NCBI GenBank assembly: GCA_034520945.1
Contig: JAXHNB010000005.1
Coordinates: 160,001 to 224,000, forward strand
Direction: 5' to 3'
Length of the DNA: 64,000 nucleotides
DNA from: Trueperaceae bacterium
GTDB lineage: Bacteria > Deinococcota > Deinococci > Deinococcales > Trueperaceae
In this document: in pieces, positions 61,299 to 64,000 of the stretch
How the letters are laid out: each line of letters opens with the position of its first letter
Position numbering within the stretch: position 1 is the first letter of the stretch
The notes under the pieces: model-generated
What the model was told of the DNA's origin: nothing
The model's database searches: none
The model's input: the letters and a program-made list of their open reading frames with translations, nothing else
Made by a program: the position numbers and the translations under genes

Positions 61299-61513
61299 AC
61301 CTGATTTCGGTCGTGATCGGCGTCGTTGCGCTCATGGGGGCGCTGGTCGGCTTCGTGCCGTTGCTGGGGTGGTTGAACTGGTTCGTGATCCCCGTCGCCG
61401 TGGTCGGCCTGGTGGTGGGCCTGCTGGCGCGCGAGCGGGCGGGACGCAACGTGAACGTGGTCGTGCTGGCGCTGGCGGTGGCCCGCCTGGCGATCGGCGG
61501 TGGCGTGGTCTAG
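61295..61513 (+). CDS. Small membrane protein
   Basis: PLLGWLNW, RL..GGG; hydrophobic; GTGA overlap with tgt stop; GGAGG RBS. Confidence 0.8.
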   Translation: MNLISVVIGVVALMGALVGFVPLLGWLNWFVIPVAVVGLVVGLLARERAGRNVNVVVLALAVARLAIGGGVV

Positions 61514-61535
61514 GCCCGCGCCGGGTCGGCCTGCG

Positions 61536-62123
61536 TCACTGCAGGTGCTCGATCAGGTCGATGCGGGTGCCGTCCTGCGTCACGAAGCGGACCACGCCGA
61601 CGGTCGGCACGAAGTACACGTCCAGCGCCGTCCGCCCCCCGCTGCTGGTCAGCGTGGTCTGTCGCAACCGCAGGGCGTTGAAGCGCCCGGCGGGCGTTTC
61701 GATGCCCTGCACGCCCAACACCTCTGCGGCCAGGGTGATGTCCACCCCGTTCACCTGGGTGGTGCTCTCCCAGGTGTCGCCCGGTTCGAGGGGCGAGGGG
61801 GGATAGACGATCAGCGGCGGATCGTACGCCATGATCTCGCCCCCCGCCGCGGTGCCGTGGCTCCGCACGCCGTCGCCGAACGAGAGGTACTCCTCGCTCA
61901 CCGGCACGCCCTGGTAGGCGTGCGTCAGCACGATGCGGGAATCGCCCAGCACCTCGCGGGGGCCGCCGAGCGTCTGGGTCTCGCCGTTGGAGTAGGTCCA
62001 GCTGACGCCGGGCGTGTCGGGATAGTACGACCCCTGCGCGGCCGCAAGCCCCCCCGCGAGGAGGAGGCAGGCCGCCAAGCATCGAAGGAGGACCCCCACG
62101 GCGCGGCGGGTGGCGATGCTCAC
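61536..62123 (-). CDS. Hypothetical secreted beta-rich protein
   Basis: Signal peptide; YYP...G.SWTY, TPAGRF, YFVP.VGVV. Confidence 0.8.
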   Translation of the reverse strand: MSIATRRAVGVLLRCLAACLLLAGGLAAAQGSYYPDTPGVSWTYSNGETQTLGGPREVLGDSRIVLTHAYQGVPVSEEYLSFGDGVRSHGTAAGGEIMAYDPPLIVYPPSPLEPGDTWESTTQVNGVDITLAAEVLGVQGIETPAGRFNALRLRQTTLTSSGGRTALDVYFVPTVGVVRFVTQDGTRIDLIEHLQ

Positions 62124-62914
62124 GCGTCGTCGTCCTCGCGGGACAGCTCGTGCGCCCGCGAGGCCGCCTCCTCGACGGCGCGCATCACCGCGTAGCGAGC
62201 GCCGTGGCGTTCCAGCGCCCGCAGGCCGGCGATGGCGGTTCCGCCGGCGGAGGCGACCTCGTCCTTCAGGTCGGCGGGCCGGTCCTCCTCCAGCAGCGTC
62301 GCGGTCGCCAGCAGGACCTGACGCGCCAACTCGCGCGCCGTGGCGCGCCCGAACCCCGCCCGCACGCCGCCGTCCGCCAGCGACTCCGCGAACACCGCCG
62401 TGAAGGCCGGACCGGAGCCGGCCAGGCCGGTAAAGGCGTCGAACAACGACTCGGGGACGGTGTGCACCGACCCGATCGCGCCGAACAGCTCGGTGGCGAA
62501 CGCCATGTCCTCCTGGCCCGCGTCCGGCAGCCCGGCCACGGCGGTGGAGGACAGGCGCACCCGCGCGCCCAGGTTCGGCATGGCCCGGATCACGCGGCGA
62601 CTGCCGACGCGGCGGGCGATCGTCTCGGCGGGGACGCCCGCCATGATCGACAGGTAGCAGGCACTCCGGCGCGCGATCAACGGCGCCACGCGATCGAACG
62701 CCTGGGGCTTCACACCGATCAGGATCCGCTCCGCACGGCGCACCCCGTCGTCGTCCAGCGCCTCCACGCCGTAATCATGGGCCAGCGCGGCCCGGCGTTC
62801 CTCGTCCGGGTGGTAGACGCCGACCTCCTCGGCGCGCAACACGCCGGCCCGCAGGGCTCCGGTGAGCACGGCGCCGCCCATCTTGCCGGCGCCGACGATG
62901 GCCAGTTTCACCAC
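62120..62914 (-). CDS. proC: Pyrroline-5-carboxylate reductase
   Basis: GAGKMG, VKPQ, RAMPN, GSGPA, ASAGGT. Confidence 0.95.
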   Translation of the reverse strand: MVKLAIVGAGKMGGAVLTGALRAGVLRAEEVGVYHPDEERRAALAHDYGVEALDDDGVRRAERILIGVKPQAFDRVAPLIARRSACYLSIMAGVPAETIARRVGSRRVIRAMPNLGARVRLSSTAVAGLPDAGQEDMAFATELFGAIGSVHTVPESLFDAFTGLAGSGPAFTAVFAESLADGGVRAGFGRATARELARQVLLATATLLEEDRPADLKDEVASAGGTAIAGLRALERHGARYAVMRAVEEAASRAHELSREDDDA

Positions 62915-62938
62915 GCACGGCCTCCTTCGCGGCCCATG

Positions 62939-63310
62939 CTACCGGCGCGCGCCGCCGAGGCGTGCGACCCATTCCACAAGGTTCGCGCCCAGGACGGCAC
63001 CGATCGCGTCCGCCGCCAGGTCGCCCAGCGACGGGTCCCGCCCGGGCACGTAGGACTGATGCCATTCGTCGATGGCGCCCCAGGCCGACGCCGCCACGAA
63101 CGACGCCCCGGCGCCGAGGCCGGCCAGGCGCAACAGGCCGGCCTGCACCAGGAACAACCCGACGTGCGCCGCCTTGTCCAGGTGCGGCAGCACGCCCAAG
63201 CCGGCCCCCGGCGGGTCGGGCGTGGCGGAGAGCGCCCAGATGCCCGCGGCCCACGCCACCGCCGGCACGGCGTGGAGCATGCTCACGGCGCGCCCCTGCG
63301 GTCGCTTCAC
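62939..63310 (-). CDS. VanZ family membrane protein
   Basis: DKAAH, DEWHQSYVPGR.....D..AD; start uncertain (GTG 63310 or ATG 63280). Confidence 0.85.
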   Translation of the reverse strand: MKRPQGRAVSMLHAVPAVAWAAGIWALSATPDPPGAGLGVLPHLDKAAHVGLFLVQAGLLRLAGLGAGASFVAASAWGAIDEWHQSYVPGRDPSLGDLAADAIGAVLGANLVEWVARLGGARR

Positions 63311-63720
63311 GGGGCGGCGGGCGGTTGCACCAGCTCGATCAGCACGCCGCCCGCGGCGCGGGGATGAAGGAACGCCACCTGGCTGCCGCCGCGGCCCCGG
63401 CGGGGCGCGGGGTCGATCGCCTCCGCCCCCTCGCGCTGCAGGCGCGCCAACTCGCGCGCCACGTCGCCTACGCGGAAGGCCACGTGGTGCAGGCCGGGGC
63501 CGCGCCGGGCCAGGAAGCGCGTCAGCGGGGACGCCGCATCCAGGGGGGCCAGCAGCTCGATCAGCCCCGTGCCGCTGCGGAGCAGGCGGACCCGCACGCC
63601 CTGCTCGGGGAGCGTCTCGTCCTCCACCTCGGGGAGCCCCAGCATCCGCCAGGGCGCCGCACCCGCGTCCAGGTCGTGCACGGCCACACCGACGTGGTCG
63701 ATCGGCCACCCCGCGTTCAC
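63307..63720 (-). CDS. mce: Methylmalonyl-CoA epimerase (VOC family)
   Basis: IDHVGVAV, EQGV, IELL, GPGLHHVAF, AFLHP...GGVLIEL. Confidence 0.9.
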   Translation of the reverse strand: MNAGWPIDHVGVAVHDLDAGAAPWRMLGLPEVEDETLPEQGVRVRLLRSGTGLIELLAPLDAASPLTRFLARRGPGLHHVAFRVGDVARELARLQREGAEAIDPAPRRGRGGSQVAFLHPRAAGGVLIELVQPPAAP

Positions 63721-64000
63721 GGTCCGTCCTCCGCGCCGGGCCGGATGCCGATCTCGCCGCGCAGATCGGTGCCGATCCGCCTGCGGGTCTCACTGGGCGC
63801 GTGCCCCTCGGAGAGAAGCAGCATCAGCTTGGTGAGGGCCGCTTCCGGCGTCATGTCGCCGCCCGAGACCACGCCCGCCTCCGCCAGGGCGGTGCCGGTG
63901 GCGTACTGCCGCATGCGCACGCCACCCCGCAGGCACTGGCTCACGTTCACGATCACCACGCCGCGGGCGCTGGCGTCGGCCAGCACCCCCAACAGGGCCT
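63717..64000 (-). CDS. ansA: Type I L-asparaginase, C-terminal part (truncated by window)
   Basis: IVNVSQC..G.V...YATG, DMTPEAALTKL, LRGE. Confidence 0.88.
   Translation of the reverse strand, partial: ALLGVLADASARGVVIVNVSQCLRGGVRMRQYATGTALAEAGVVSGGDMTPEAALTKLMLLLSEGHAPSETRRRIGTDLRGEIGIRPGAEDGP

Overview
This is a high-GC bacterial chromosomal window, most consistent with Deinococcota (Truepera/Deinococcus-like). That call is an inference from gene content and from about a dozen genes with a leaderless TAnnnT-N5-8-start architecture. Most of the window is core genome: maf-mreC, leuS, lpdA, argFCJ, pilD, skp, ffh-rpsP-khpA-rimM-trmD, malic enzyme, a SurA-like PPIase, purH, class II nrdJ, recX, lolE-like, tgt, proC and mce, plus three tRNAs (Arg-CCG, Asn-GTT, Pro-CGG). 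Accessory blocks are: (i) a two-domain multicopper oxidase plus ZIP transporter operon behind a near-consensus promoter overlapped by a DtxR/MntR-type box; (ii) a ROK-regulated sugar ABC/TIM-barrel/Gfo/xylA/xylB cluster; (iii) a decayed island after tRNA-Asn with a small ORF plus nucleotidyltransferase pair, a gene remnant and arsR-acr3-arsD-arsA, followed by DUF3179-TlpA. The best observations are an unannotated leaderless leader-peptide attenuator upstream of leuS, the metal-regulated MCO-ZIP module, an nrdJ intein whose LAGLIDADG motifs have lost their acidic residues, a tgt frameshifted by a 2-nt duplication near a queuosine-precursor transporter, and a large lipoprotein with a broken HExxH motif. 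No CRISPR array, rRNA, integrase or transposase was seen. All family calls come from motif recognition by eye; no database search was run.
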